From NCBI RefSeq assembly GCF_009834535.1, contig NC_045696.1, positions 96,350,001-96,414,000 of the forward strand: a stretch of 64,000 nucleotides of DNA, read 5' to 3'. The stretch is from Camelus ferus (Eukaryota). The position numbers were made by a program, and so were the translations under genes. Shown here one piece after another: positions 39,783-51,255 of this stretch (its first letter is position 1; every line of letters begins with the position of its first letter). The notes under the pieces are model-generated. The model made no database searches. It worked only from the letters and a program-made list of their open reading frames with translations, and had not been told where the DNA came from.

Positions 39783-40098
39783 TTTTTAAACTGAAGTATA
39801 GTTTACAATGTTGTATTAATCTCTTGGTATACAGCATAGTGATTCAGTTATACATATATATATTCCTTTTCATGTTCTTTTTAAAACTTTCATTTATTTA
39901 ATTTTGTGGGGGAGGTAATTAGGTTTGTTTGTTTGTTTTAGAGGAGGTACTGGGGATTGAACCCAGAACCTTGTGTATGCTAAGCATGCGCTCTACCACT
40001 TGAGCTATACCCTCCCTCCCTTTTCATATTCTTTTTCACTACAGGCTATTACAAGGTATTGAATATAGTTCCCTGTGCTATACAGTAGGACCTTGTTC
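39783..40098 (-). mobile_element. L1 3' end interrupted by a SINE
   Basis: tgaagtatagtttacaatgttg...; ttgaatatagttccctgtgctatacagtaggaccttgtt. Confidence 0.85.
39883..40018 (-). mobile_element. tRNA-derived SINE, Vic-1-like (camelid)
   Basis: Minus strand gggagggtatagctcaagtggtagagcgcatgcttagcatacacaaggttctgggttcaatccccagtacc with A and B boxes; 18-bp TSD ccttttcat(g/a)ttcttttt (39865-39882 / 40019-40036). Confidence 0.85.
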
Positions 40099-41564
40099 AT
40101 CATTATTACTTAAGTAAATAAAAATACTTAAGATCCAACTATTTTAGTTATAAATATAAAGCTCAGTAGTCAGTTCTAGAGGCAAAAGCAGTAGGAATAA
40201 GATGAGACTCCAGTCCTGACCCTCAGACCAACTGATTGGTCAGGCAGGCTTTTGTTTGCTGGTTTGTTTAACATTTTATCATGGGAATTTTAAACATACA
40301 CAAAAGTAGAGAAAGCCTGATAAACTCCTATGTACTCGGCTTTAGCAGTTATCAACTCAGGGCCAAACTTGTTTCGCCTAAATTTCCCCTTCTTGTCTCA
40401 CACTGGATTATTTGAAGCAAATACCAGATATGATATCATTTCATCTTTAAATATTTTGAAGATATGAAACTCTTGCTTGTAAATACAACCAAACATCAGT
40501 ATCACTCCAAAAATTTAATAAACTTTTAATACCATCAAATATTAAAGTCAGAGTCAAATTGCTCTGCTTTTTTCTTTATACTTTGCTCAAATCAGGATCT
40601 AACCAAGATCTATATATTGCAATTGGTCAAAAGATACGCCTGAGGTTTGGTTCGTATAGTAAAAGCAGGATAAATGCTTGATTCTTTCTACTTATTTACT
40701 ACTTTTCAGCCTAAGATTTAGAATCCCAGCTCCTCCAAAGTTGAGCAATCTCTTCATCCTCCCTGGTCCTCATGTAAAATCACAGGGTGCGATTAGGTAA
40801 TATCTAAGCTCCTTCCACCTCCACAATACTGGGACTTTGTCTCCATCATCTCTCAGAATCATGCAAGCTTGCACATCAAATAGCCTTTTCTTGAACCACT
40901 TCCTTCCCTCTGAGTGCACTTTCTCCTCTTCTCTGTCCAGCCAACTCCTATTCATCCTGTAAAGCCCAGTTAGACTTCATACAACATACATTTCTTGGGA
41001 CAAATGTTAATCAGGTACTCATCATGTTCCACCAGCTGCCTCTCTACTCACACCACTCACTTCTGTCCACTCTCCCTCAATCGCACCTTGCACTCACCTC
41101 TCTTGGAGTCCTTATTATGGTGCATCTTAATTATTGGACCACATATCTGTTTCCTATGATCACACGTTGGTTCCTTGAGTCAGTAAGATCACAAAATGTG
41201 GGTCATATTGGAGGGATCCAATACTGGCTTCATGCCTCAGAGATAATGATGAATTTCCAGAACTGACCAAGTTGGTGAACTCTTAGAGGCCTCTTGACCT
41301 TTTGTTATCTCCGTTCAACTTCCTATACACAGGATACTAAATGTGCTCAGGTTCACTTTTGAATTGCCTGTAGGGATCATCTTTATCTGAGTCTATGCCT
41401 CCTGGAGTAACTGGTAGCCATAATCCCTCAGCAGTTCTCACCCGCCTCTATTTAACAGGTACAGCTTGAAATAAGGCACTTGGATATGACCACTAACACA
41501 ATATTTGGGGGGTATTCAACAACAGTAAACCCAAGAAAAGACGTGGGATTAGTTGTCCTCCTGT

Positions 41565-41606
41565 GAGAAAGAGAGAGCGTGTGTGTGTGTGTGTGCGCAC
41601 GCGCAC
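41565..41606. repeat. Compound (GA)n(GT)n(GC/AC) microsatellite
   Basis: gagaaagagagagcgtgtgtgtgtgtgtgtgcgcacgcgcac. Confidence 0.85.
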
Positions 41607-42386
41607 TTCTGTCTTTTGCCCTCAGCTCATTTGATTTCAGAGTATGGGCTGCCAGTTGAATAACAAAAATAGGAATGAATTGATAGCTTATCTTCACATA
41701 CACTTTGCACAGAGTTGCAGGATGGGAACCACCAAGGATGGGTTCCATGCTCTCCTAACAGAGTGAAGTTAGTCCTCTTTGATTGCTAGCTTGCTCTGTG
41801 AAAAACAAAGATAAGGGCTCAAAGTGACATGGCCAGAATGTGTGTGATGTTTTAAGCAGATTTGTGCTCCTATGCAAAAAATGCAGTGAAAGATGGGCCC
41901 AGCATGCGTTTTGAAGGGTTCCTTAAGATCTTGGAGAATATCTTAGAAATAATTTTGGCAACAGTTTGAAATAATAACATTCCCATGATCCGCGCGGAGA
42001 GTTAGATACTTAAGGGTGCTATAAATTTTACACATCAGGATGCTCAGGAAAAAAAAGGTTATTAACTATGCAAAGAGGTCTTGTTCTTTACTCTTCATCT
42101 TTGAACATGTTCCCTAATATTTCGAAGAGATGGATGACATAAAAATGACATCACTGTTGATGTGAGGTTGTTTCTTGTTGTCAGAAGACACATAAACATT
42201 ATGATTCAATGAGTATTTCTGTCCAGGATCCTTAAATGTGTTCTAGACCCTTTGGAAAATTACTTCTAACTCCAAAGAGTGCTCCCAGGAGCAGTGGTTA
42301 GCAGGCAGAGGCAGCAGCCACTGAAGCTTGCTGTTAGGACTCAGAGGCTGCTGCACTACTTTGCTATTCTCTATGCTCTCCTCCTC

Positions 42387-42417
<31 letters not shown>

Positions 42418-42418
42418 C
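42387..42418. repeat. (AAAAC)n pentanucleotide repeat
   Basis: About 6 tandem units. Confidence 0.9.
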
Positions 42419-43049
42419 TATAAAATACAATTATACCAAGTATGTTTTTCAAAAAAAATCAATGCTTTAAAAATGCATTGGAGATGAATTAAAATTTATG
42501 CAACACGTCGATATGAATTCAGTACTCTTACCCCAGCCTCATCTCTCTCCCAAAGGACATTTTAGCACAGGGAGAGGGGTCTGGTTGCTCCACATCCCAC
42601 CCACTGAGATTCCTTGAGGCATAACGGACACTTTGCAAACACCATCTTGTTTAAGTCTTTCCATGTCAGGCAGTATGGTTATCTCATTCCAGAGGTGGTG
42701 AAGCCTTTGGGGTTAGACTCACATTGTTTCAATTGTCAAGAGACTCACAAACACAAACCAGATGGCCAATTTGTTAATTTGACTGAGAACTAAAACCACC
42801 AGGAGGCTGAGATGCTCAGGACATCTCTCTTTTGAAGATGGGGAAAGCCAGAACACGTGCAGAAGGCTATTGGGTGTGATCAGAGCCCAGGGAACCCAAG
42901 GCTCTTCCTGGGGAGAGTCAGGAACCATCCGATAAAAGATTCCTTGAAGGTACAGCAGTGCATAAGATTGCTCCGGGCGTGTGTATAGAGAGATACATAA
43001 GATGCTTAAGGCAAAAAGAACTCAAGAAACATTTAAAGAAAAATGCTAC

Positions 43050-43900
43050 GTGGAGACAAAAAGGTATAGCCAGAGAGGTGAAAGGAAAACCAGAAGGGTA
43101 AGAAGTCACTGAACTCCAGGGGATAGATTGTTTCAAAGGGAGGAAGTGGCCAGCACTGTGGAACGGTCCTGAGGGGTAGGTAAGATAAGAAATGGAAAGT
43201 ATCTATGGGACTCAACAAGTAGGCCATTGGTGATCTCAGTGAGAACGGTTTCACGCACACAGTGAAGGCAGATATCAGTGGGCAGAGGAGTGGGGGGTGA
43301 GGCAGGGGAGGGCACTCTTTCAGGAAGCTTATCTGTGAAGGTAAGGAGAGAGGACAGAGCAGGAAGGTGAGAGTGAGGATAGGAGAGCAGGCTCTGTGCT
43401 AACAGGGAGGAACCTATAGAGAAGCAATATTCGTAGCTACAGAGGAAGGACGCTGCAGACGGCGGGAGGAGAGGGAAGAGAGCATCTGTGAAGGGACTGC
43501 CTTTGATGGAAAGTGGTTCAGTGCTTCCATGGAGGATGCTCTGTGAGCTTGGGGGTGCACTGCTGGGGTGGGGGGGCACAGAGTCAGAGGTTTGAGGAGA
43601 GCAGAGTGCAGGAGAGGTGACTAATAAAACCCAGCAGGACTCTGGTGAAACAGTGGCCCCAGTGGTGGGGACTGGGGGGCTTGGGGAGGGGGGATTTTAT
43701 TCAGCAGCATCAGCTCTCTGGGCAGGAAGGCAGAAGAGGCGGAAAACTAGACTCAAACAAGGTAGAGGCTTTCCAGATGAGTCGAGGGGAAGAAAAATGT
43801 GAAAGGAGTTAAAGATATTGGGAAGAGAGTGGCTGAGGCAAAGAGGGAAATTTGGGATTTGTGACCATGGTGGGTGGTGACAGTGGAGTGAAGGTTCCTT
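43050..43900 (-). mobile_element. L2 LINE fragment
   Basis: GA-rich reverse L2 (gattgtttcaaaggga...aggtaagataaga...ccattggtgatctcagtgagaacggtttca). Confidence 0.65.
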
Positions 43901-43914
43901 GAGATGAGGGATAT

Positions 43915-44310
43915 TTTCAGGCAATGGCTAGCTGCTGTAACAAACTCCAAAAGCTTGTTGGCTTTACATGGCAAAAAGGTTACTTTTCACTCACATAAGA
44001 GGCTGAGGTGGGTGTTCCTCACTGGGCACAGTTCTTTTCACTCAAGAACCCACACAGCTTTCACCCTGTGCCTCTAACTCAAGGCCCACGTGGGTCCCAA
44101 GGCCACCTTGAGCTTCTCCACTCTAGTCAGCACAAGGGGGAAAAGGCAGGGGTATCATGAGTGAAAGATTTTTGTGGCCCAAGCCAGAAAGTGGCAGATA
44201 TCACTTATGCCCAAGTCACACTGGCTACAACTCAGTCACGTGGACACACCCAGGTGTTAGGGAGGCAGGGAATGAGTGCCCAGGAAGAATGGGAAGTAGG
44301 GTGGTGATCA
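43915..44310 (-). mobile_element. MLT1-type MaLR LTR
   Basis: gctagctgctgtaacaaa...ggcttta...; aagtcacatggcta-like segment and gggaggcagggaatgagt. Confidence 0.6.
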
Positions 44311-44766
44311 ACCAGAAGACTGTGCCAGAGAGCAGAGTGTTAGCCATCCATTCAGATGTGAAGCCACCCAGGTCGAAGGGATGCTGTGGGGTGGAAACAA
44401 GACCTGTCTGGGTGACACATTCTGGAGAGAAGGACAATGATAAGGTGGCTGTGAAGTGGTAAAGGGGGGCAGAGGGTAACTCTCAAGGACCCGTCTTTCC
44501 TCCACCTGAGAGTGGAGATGAATGGTGTCAGGGGCTTAGAGGATGGGCAGCCTCCACAAGACAGGCTGCAGCCTGGCTGCAACCAAGCTGGACCCTGTTG
44601 TCATCGGTGACCATCTGATTTCACACTGACGTTTGTAACTGTCTAACTGTGTAACGGTTCAAAGGATTTTCTCATGCTCTTGCTGACCAGGGTTGGGCTG
44701 GAGAGGAGCAAGGCTTGGGTGGTCCACTCAGCTCCCTCATGGTGCTGCGTGCAGGGATCATGCTCG

Positions 44767-44818
44767 GTGCCCTGCTCTCCCCCTCAGTGCCCTGCTCTCC
44801 CCCTCAGTGCCCTGCTCT
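44767..44818. repeat. 20-bp tandem repeat, 2.6 copies
   Basis: gtgccctgctctccccctca twice, then gtgccctgctct, all exact. Confidence 0.95.
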
Positions 44819-44844
44819 TGATCCTCTGTGGTTTCCTTGTATCC

Positions 44845-45341
44845 TGTTGTTTGAGCAGCAGGCCTCAGCCTACAGCAGGAGGTCCCAAGCCTCAGCCTGC
44901 TTAAAAGGCTACAAGCATTTGTCAACCTGACTTTAAGTTGCACAAGTTTTTCTCTAGAGCTCTTTTCCACAGAGCCCCTTTCTATGCATCCTTTACTCTA
45001 GGTACAAGAATATTAAGAGAGTCTCAAAGCTAGAGGTGAACTTCATACCCAGCAGAGGAAAGGGGACCACTGTATCTGAAAAAATAAGAACAACTTTGCA
45101 ACAATTTGTTAACCCGGATGCAATCTCTATGGAAGCTAGCTCCACTAGTTTGAACTCTTGAACTTTTAGTATAAAACCCCCTGCCTTCTCTCCCTAGCAG
45201 GCTCACAGTCTTAGAGGCATTAGCCCACTGTGATCGCCTTTGCTTGGCAAACAAATAAGGCTGCCTCTTCTACTTCATCCAAAACTCTGTCCTCAAGCCT
45301 CAGTTTGGTAAGCGAGGAATGGAGGCCGTGTTTCGGCAACA
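44845..45341 (+). mobile_element. ERV1-class solo LTR (left boundary uncertain)
   Basis: R/U5 similar to the 32735-33202 LTR (ctcacagtct...ggca..agcc..ctgtga...ctttgct.ggcaaa...aaactctg...ttcgg.aaca); TATAAAA at 45170-45176. Confidence 0.7.
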
Positions 45342-46602
45342 TGGGGGCAAGTAGCCTCCTTTAGAGTGAGGCTGTCTCAAGGCCAAGGGATGGAGTCTGC
45401 AGGGAAGCAGCTAAGGATATGGGGTGTTCTGTTGACTCTGGAACAGGGCTGCAGAGGGAGGTGGGAAAGAAGTAGGAGGCAGAAGTCCAGAGCAGGATGG
45501 ACAGAAGAGAGATGACCAGAAGGAACTATACCTAAGAAGTGAGCAAGGCTATGGGATGTGTGGAAAGGGGGATGTAGCTGGCACCAAAGTGCCCAAGAGA
45601 ATCTATGTCTGCCATTCCCCGGGATCAGCAGCACTTGAGTCTGTTTACAGCCTGGGCGGGTTACTCTTCCCGCAGAACTCAGGTCTCTGGTGGGTAAGAT
45701 GCTCGTCCGTCTGGAAAGAATCATCAGAGATGTGGCTTTGAGTGTGAAGAGACAAAAGACAGGCTTGGTCAGGGCTCAAGGCTGAGGCAGCAGGAATGGA
45801 GCTTTCCAAGGGGATGGAGGGTCAGGACTGGGGTGAGTAAGTTCTCGAACCCTGCACAGAGAAAGGGCTCCCTGTGACTCCGGCACAGAGCAGGCATGTT
45901 GGTTGATGTGAATGTCAGTGTAACATCTCATTATTTGAGAGGAATAGAGAACTGAGGAGCCTTTGCTCTCTGTTAAGTGTTTCGGAGGGGGAGGGGGGAG
46001 AGGGAGGAGGGGCTCCAAGAGTACAATTCGGGTAAGCAGCCTGCATGCTCACGTCTTGAAGGCGTCACACAGTGCGCATACCACACTGGCTTGCTAGGAT
46101 GCGTGCTGAGGTAGTTCGGTTCGAGAAAAAACATCTTGTTGGTTTTGGAGCCAAAAAAAAAAAAAAAATCAATGCTGTAAAGACCATATGATCTGTGGCA
46201 GCAGTTTCTCTTCAATGACAGGTTTTATAAGTAATCAGAGTAGGAGGCCCTGTCGGGTAAGGCACGAATCTTTCCAAATGCTGTTAACTGGCACAGAAGG
46301 ATGCCAACTTTATTCTACTCTAACTTCTGTTCTGCTGCCCTAATACGAATGGAAGAATCACAGGAACTTACGATTAGTGGAGTATTTTAAGATACCTGTG
46401 TCCCAAAAGTAGCTCCCTTTCCTCTATTTCACAGAGATGTTTTCTGATCTGCCCCAGATATCCTGTGGAATGTGTGTGACCCAGAAATTACAATAATGGG
46501 AAGGTAGAGGGAAGAGAGTTGGAGGTGTGAGAAGAGTGACAACTTACCCAAATCTGTAGTTTACAATGTGAATAATGTTACCTCACTTCTTTCTTTTCAT
46601 AG

Positions 46603-46631
46603 GAAGCACTCTAGTACGATAGCGCATTGAG
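46603..46631 (+). other. Candidate 29-nt non-coding micro-exon
   Basis: Branch point CTCAC and tract ttctttcttttcatAG acceptor; GAG|GTGAGC donor; stops in all three frames. Confidence 0.35.
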
Positions 46632-48838
46632 GTGAGCAGAGTATGTTAAGAGATGCCAGCAACCTGTATTTCCCATGTCCATGCTGCTAGCATCACTGAT
46701 AGAGTTTTATCTGCAAGCAGTTTTATTATTTAGCATCTATATACAAACCTCAAGATGAGGTGTGAATTTTATATGTGACTTTGTCTTTACAAACTAAAGA
46801 GAAAAAAAAAAAAAGAAGCTATGGCAAACCTCACTACTTTGGAAATACTCTATATAAATAACCACCTGCACTTTATAGTGAAAGTGGATTTGACCTTTAG
46901 GGAAAGACCTTTTCTACAAGGCCATCGATTTTTGCCATTCCCTGGAGTGTTTATTTAAGAAAGGTTTTCCTGTGATCAAGCTTCCCTGGAAAAGACATTA
47001 TTTCTAACAAACACTAGTTCCTATATCAAAATTGTGTGGTCTAAAATCCGTGCTTAGGCTGTGCTGTGGTATCCTCTTATGGTACAGAGGCATCGTGACT
47101 TGAATGGGTAATTTCAGACTAAGGCTGCAGAAACACTGTATGGAGGCATTGTGCTCTAAAAAGGAGTTTTTTCTATCACAAATTGTTTTGATAGTTCTAC
47201 CATCCATTGAAGACCTCTTGATATTACAAAAAGGAAGTTTTAAAAAAGAACATGGGCCCTTCTTTCTGAGTCAATACTAGACTGGAGATGTTTTGGGGAA
47301 GAGAGACCTTACAAGGCTCCAAGGAAAGGCACCAACAGAATATTTATTATTCTCTCCACTTCCTTTCTTCAAAGTCTTGTAATTGAGGCCATTATAAATC
47401 TTTGAAAGCAATACTTCTCTCCTGTATGCTGTACCCACTACCAGAAGATATTTATAGAGATAAAATAGTATCTCACATCCCTTCAGTAAAGTTCCATGAA
47501 GCTGGTTCCAAATAAAAATGAATAAATAATGTTTATCTAAGCCCTGCAGATAATGCTAAAAAGCAAAAAATTGATTAGTCCATCAGTTTTGTTATGTGCT
47601 GACACTAACACCCTAGCGTTTAGGAGGTTGGTTTATTTTAAGAGAAAATGGTTTAGAAGATGCAAGGAGAAATGAAAGAAAAACCCATTAATAGATATCA
47701 ATTTTGTTGTAACATTAATTTGATAACATTGCAATTGCATTTTAACAGTGGTAAACTAGTTGAATTGGTATGACGTGGTGAAAAACTACACATATATAAT
47801 GAAATATATATGTATGTCAAATTTATCATTTCTATTTCAGGGTCAGAGCAAAGATTTGAGATTTGAAAATGAACTGCAATGATGTTGACATGCATTAGAA
47901 ATCAATTCTCAACCATGGCAATTCAGACTGCTTATTCATGAGCGCCAAAGAGTAAACATGAATCTTAACCAAGGTGTAAGAATCACCTTTTCCTCCTGCA
48001 TTTCAAAGAAGCTTCCTCTATAGTGAAGATATATATCTGAAGTAATAAGGCTCTAATTGTAGTACTTTCTTTAAGTACTTGCATTAAGACATCACATTTA
48101 AGCTTCGATTACTTCTAAGATATTTCTTTAAAACAAGCCCAGAAAGCTGTCAACTTACATTTCTTCCATTTCTGAGTTTCAAGGAAGCAATCTTACTGTG
48201 TTCTTCTTTATATTCATGCATGATATCGACACATAGTGGGTCTTCTATAAATGTTAGATGAAAGAGTAAATGAGTGACTGAACGAGGCTCTAGGGTGAGG
48301 GGAAACGCCGTTAACAAGTCACTTCCCTCCCGTTATGATTCAACCTGAAGCATTCTGCAGCCTCTTTAATTGGAATCAATTGATTTTTGCATTCATATTC
48401 TGGTACAGATGCCATCCTGGCCTCTTAAATTTTCCCAACAGAAGGAACTTTAGCACACATCACATCATTTTATGGTTTGTTGAATGTGTTTCTCTCTCTT
48501 AGAAGACTGAACTCTATTACCTTTTCCAGTTTTATATTCCTGGTGCCTAGCATGGCATATGACTCCGTAAGCGTTCCGTGAATGAATGGGAAGACTTTTG
48601 GAACTGCATCCTAAGTCGTCTTAGTGGCTCGACCTTGGTCAAGTCACTGCACCCTTGTGGGTCACAGTTTCCTTGTCCATAAAAACGAAAGCTTTTTGTC
48701 GTTTTGTGATGCCTGCTTAACTGAATAGTAGACATACTTGGCTGCAGAATAGTATTAAAGATTGGGTAACTCATGGGAAATGTCCTGCTACACAGAATTT
48801 CTTGGAAAGGAGACAGGGGAAGGAACTAGCATTTATCA

Positions 48839-49111
48839 CAGGTGACCCTTGGATAACACGGGTTTGAACGGCGTGGGTCCATTTATACACAGATTATTTT
48901 CAGTAGTAAAGACTACAACACTACACCATCCATGTTGGTTGGGTCCTCGGATGCTGGAGTGCAATGTGAAGGAAGCTCGGATAGGGAGGACCCACGGGTA
49001 AGGAGAAACCACATAGAGGGCCAGCTGTAAATTAATTATATGTGGATTTCTGATTGCGTGGAGGGTGGCCATCCCTAATCCCCCACCTCTGCATTGTTCA
49101 GGGAGCAACTG
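48839..49111. mobile_element. Tigger2-derived MITE (MER8/Tigger2a-like)
   Basis: TIRs caggtgacccttggataaca / tgttcagggagcaactg; internal acacgggtttgaac...gggtccatttata; followed by a reverse MIR to about 49290. Confidence 0.8.
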
Positions 49112-49874
49112 TGTATGATTTAGTCAACTCTGCAGCCACCCTGTGAGATAGGATGTTATTATTCCGATTGCATAGGTAAGAAATATTAGCTTCAGAAAGG
49201 TATATGATTTGCCCAGGATCTCACAGTCAACGGTTGGGTCAAGATTCAAATCCAGTCCTAATGACTTCAAAGCCCATTTCTTTTCCTTTATGCAAATGAT
49301 TCCACTTGCTTAAATTCTGATAAAAAAGAAAACCAGTTTTCAATGAGGGTAGGAGGTACTATTTTCATTTGTGCTTCTTCCTTTTACAATTTGAATCAAG
49401 GGAAAAAAAGGGAGATTCTTGCTTGGAATATATTTCCTCTGCCTAAGCTCCATGAAGGAAGGAGAAACTGAAGGCATATCAAATAAGGGAAAGAAGCTGT
49501 GTGGCAAAACATCAGCCAGAACATGACTCTCCTACCTGGATAATGACATGAGAAAGACTAACACGGAAAAACGAGAGAGTGACAGGACAGGCCTGATGGG
49601 GTGGAGGGAAAGCAGAGTGTCAGTCTGATAAGAGTAAAAGGAGCACGTTATGGGGATGGACAGAGGAAATGACAAGTTTGTGGTGGTTTCCCAGGAAAAG
49701 TCCCATAAGGATCTCTGCACCCTGTGATGTGATGTGATGTGATGTGTTAGATGGTGACACGTCACAGCTTACACTGTGATGGGCACAGGCCACTGCAGTA
49801 GAACTTCTGTTTCTAATCTAACATCAGACCTCTCATAGTTTTAAGGACTATTTAAAGCTTTTACTGCTTGATTT

Positions 49875-49998
49875 GGGGGGGGGCGGTTAATTAGGTTGAT
49901 TTATTTATTTACTTATTATTATTTTTTTAAAGGAGGTACTGGGGGTTGAACCTCGTGCATGCTAAGCACACGCTCTACCACTGAGCTATACCCTCCCC
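49875..49998 (-). mobile_element. tRNA-derived SINE, Vic-1-like (camelid)
   Basis: Minus strand ggggagggtatagctcagtggtagagcgtgtgcttagcatgcacgaggttcaacccccagtacctcc; TSD ctgcttgattt (49864-49874 / 50001-50011). Confidence 0.85.
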
Positions 49999-50464
49999 TG
50001 CTGCTTGATTTTGTTTTGACAGGTTAACTTTCACTATAACACCTTTGGGTGGGGATCTTATGTTAATGAGGTCACTTGCCCCTACACGATCACAGGAGCA
50101 GGGTAGGATGGATTGGTATGTGTTCTCCATAGAAAATCTTAATGCAAGTTGATGAGATCTTTGATGAGAAATATAAATAGATTCCCGTAACACTCAATTT
50201 TCTTCCTGACACCTTAGGTTTTCTCAGAAGTTACACATTAATTCACTAAACTCAGGTAATCATCTAAACTAATAACATAAGAAGTTTTTTTCCACAGGGA
50301 AGTTGTAGAAATCTGTATTTGATGGGGAGAGAAGTTGCTCCTATAGAGTGTATAACGCAGGAAGCCAGGTGTCCTGAAGGTTAGCTAACCAACATTGGTT
50401 CAGTGGCGGTTGGCTCAGCCTGGGATAAACCAAATTCAGCTGGAGAACTTTTCTTTACACTTTA

Positions 50465-51255
50465 GAAAAGAACATTCACCATCAAGATCTTTATTTCTAA
50501 CACCATTCTCCAATAAAAGAGACCAGGACTATGGGGAGAAATAGGTGACTCTAAGACTCGGACAGGAAATGTAATGTCACGTGATGTAAGATGAGTTGGG
50601 AGCCTGCTGAAGTACCAGAGAGTAAGGAAGTGACCAAAGAAACAAAATAAAACCATCGTTGGCGGTATGTCAGAAAACACAGGAGCCAGCAGAAAGAGCT
50701 CCCGATGGGCAAAACAAATAATTTGAACAAAGTAGTATTGAATTATAACTCACAGTACAAAATAAATATCTATGAATCCATACTGCTATAAATAAATGAT
50801 TTAATAAATGAATAAATGGGAGAAAGGAGACAAATCTCTTATGCAGAAGAATTGCAATAATTTATGAAACACTCTGCCCCCTAGGAGGTGGAACATAACC
50901 CCCTTCTCTTTAAGAGTGGGCTGTGCAGAGTGGCTTCTCCCCAAAAAGCACAGTTTGGAAGGGGGTGGGAGAAGGAGATTGATTTTACAGGAGAAACCTG
51001 ACAAGCACCGCCTCAGCCAGGTGATCAAGGTCAACATGGACAGTGATATGCCATGTTTATTATATGTACCCTTGATGTGACTTAAGGAAGTGGCACTTTA
51101 CTTCTGTGGTCCTCCTCCCCCAAATCCATACCCAGTATAAGCACGAGAAAAACACTAGGCAAATCCTAGTACAGAGCATCTTACAAAATACCCAACCAGT
51201 ACTTCTCAAAGCTGTTGAGATCATCGAAAACAAGGAAAGGCAGAGAAACTGTCAC
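50465..51255 (+). mobile_element. L1MC/L1MD-type 3'UTR
   Basis: caccattctccaataaaag...; ctcagccaggtgatcaaggtcaaca; acaaggaaaggcagagaaactgtcac. Confidence 0.8.

Noticed and set aside
39940..40018. tRNA gene (also 49930-49998)
   Set aside because: The tRNA-like head is followed by a SINE tail and flanked by TSDs, so it is a SINE
45342..45359. tRNA-Pro primer-binding site after the LTR (TGGGGGC)
   Set aside because: Only the first 7 nt match contiguously and no gag/pol sequence follows
46107..46128. let-7-like miRNA (TGAGGTAGT)
   Set aside because: Only the first 9 nt match and I see no precursor hairpin
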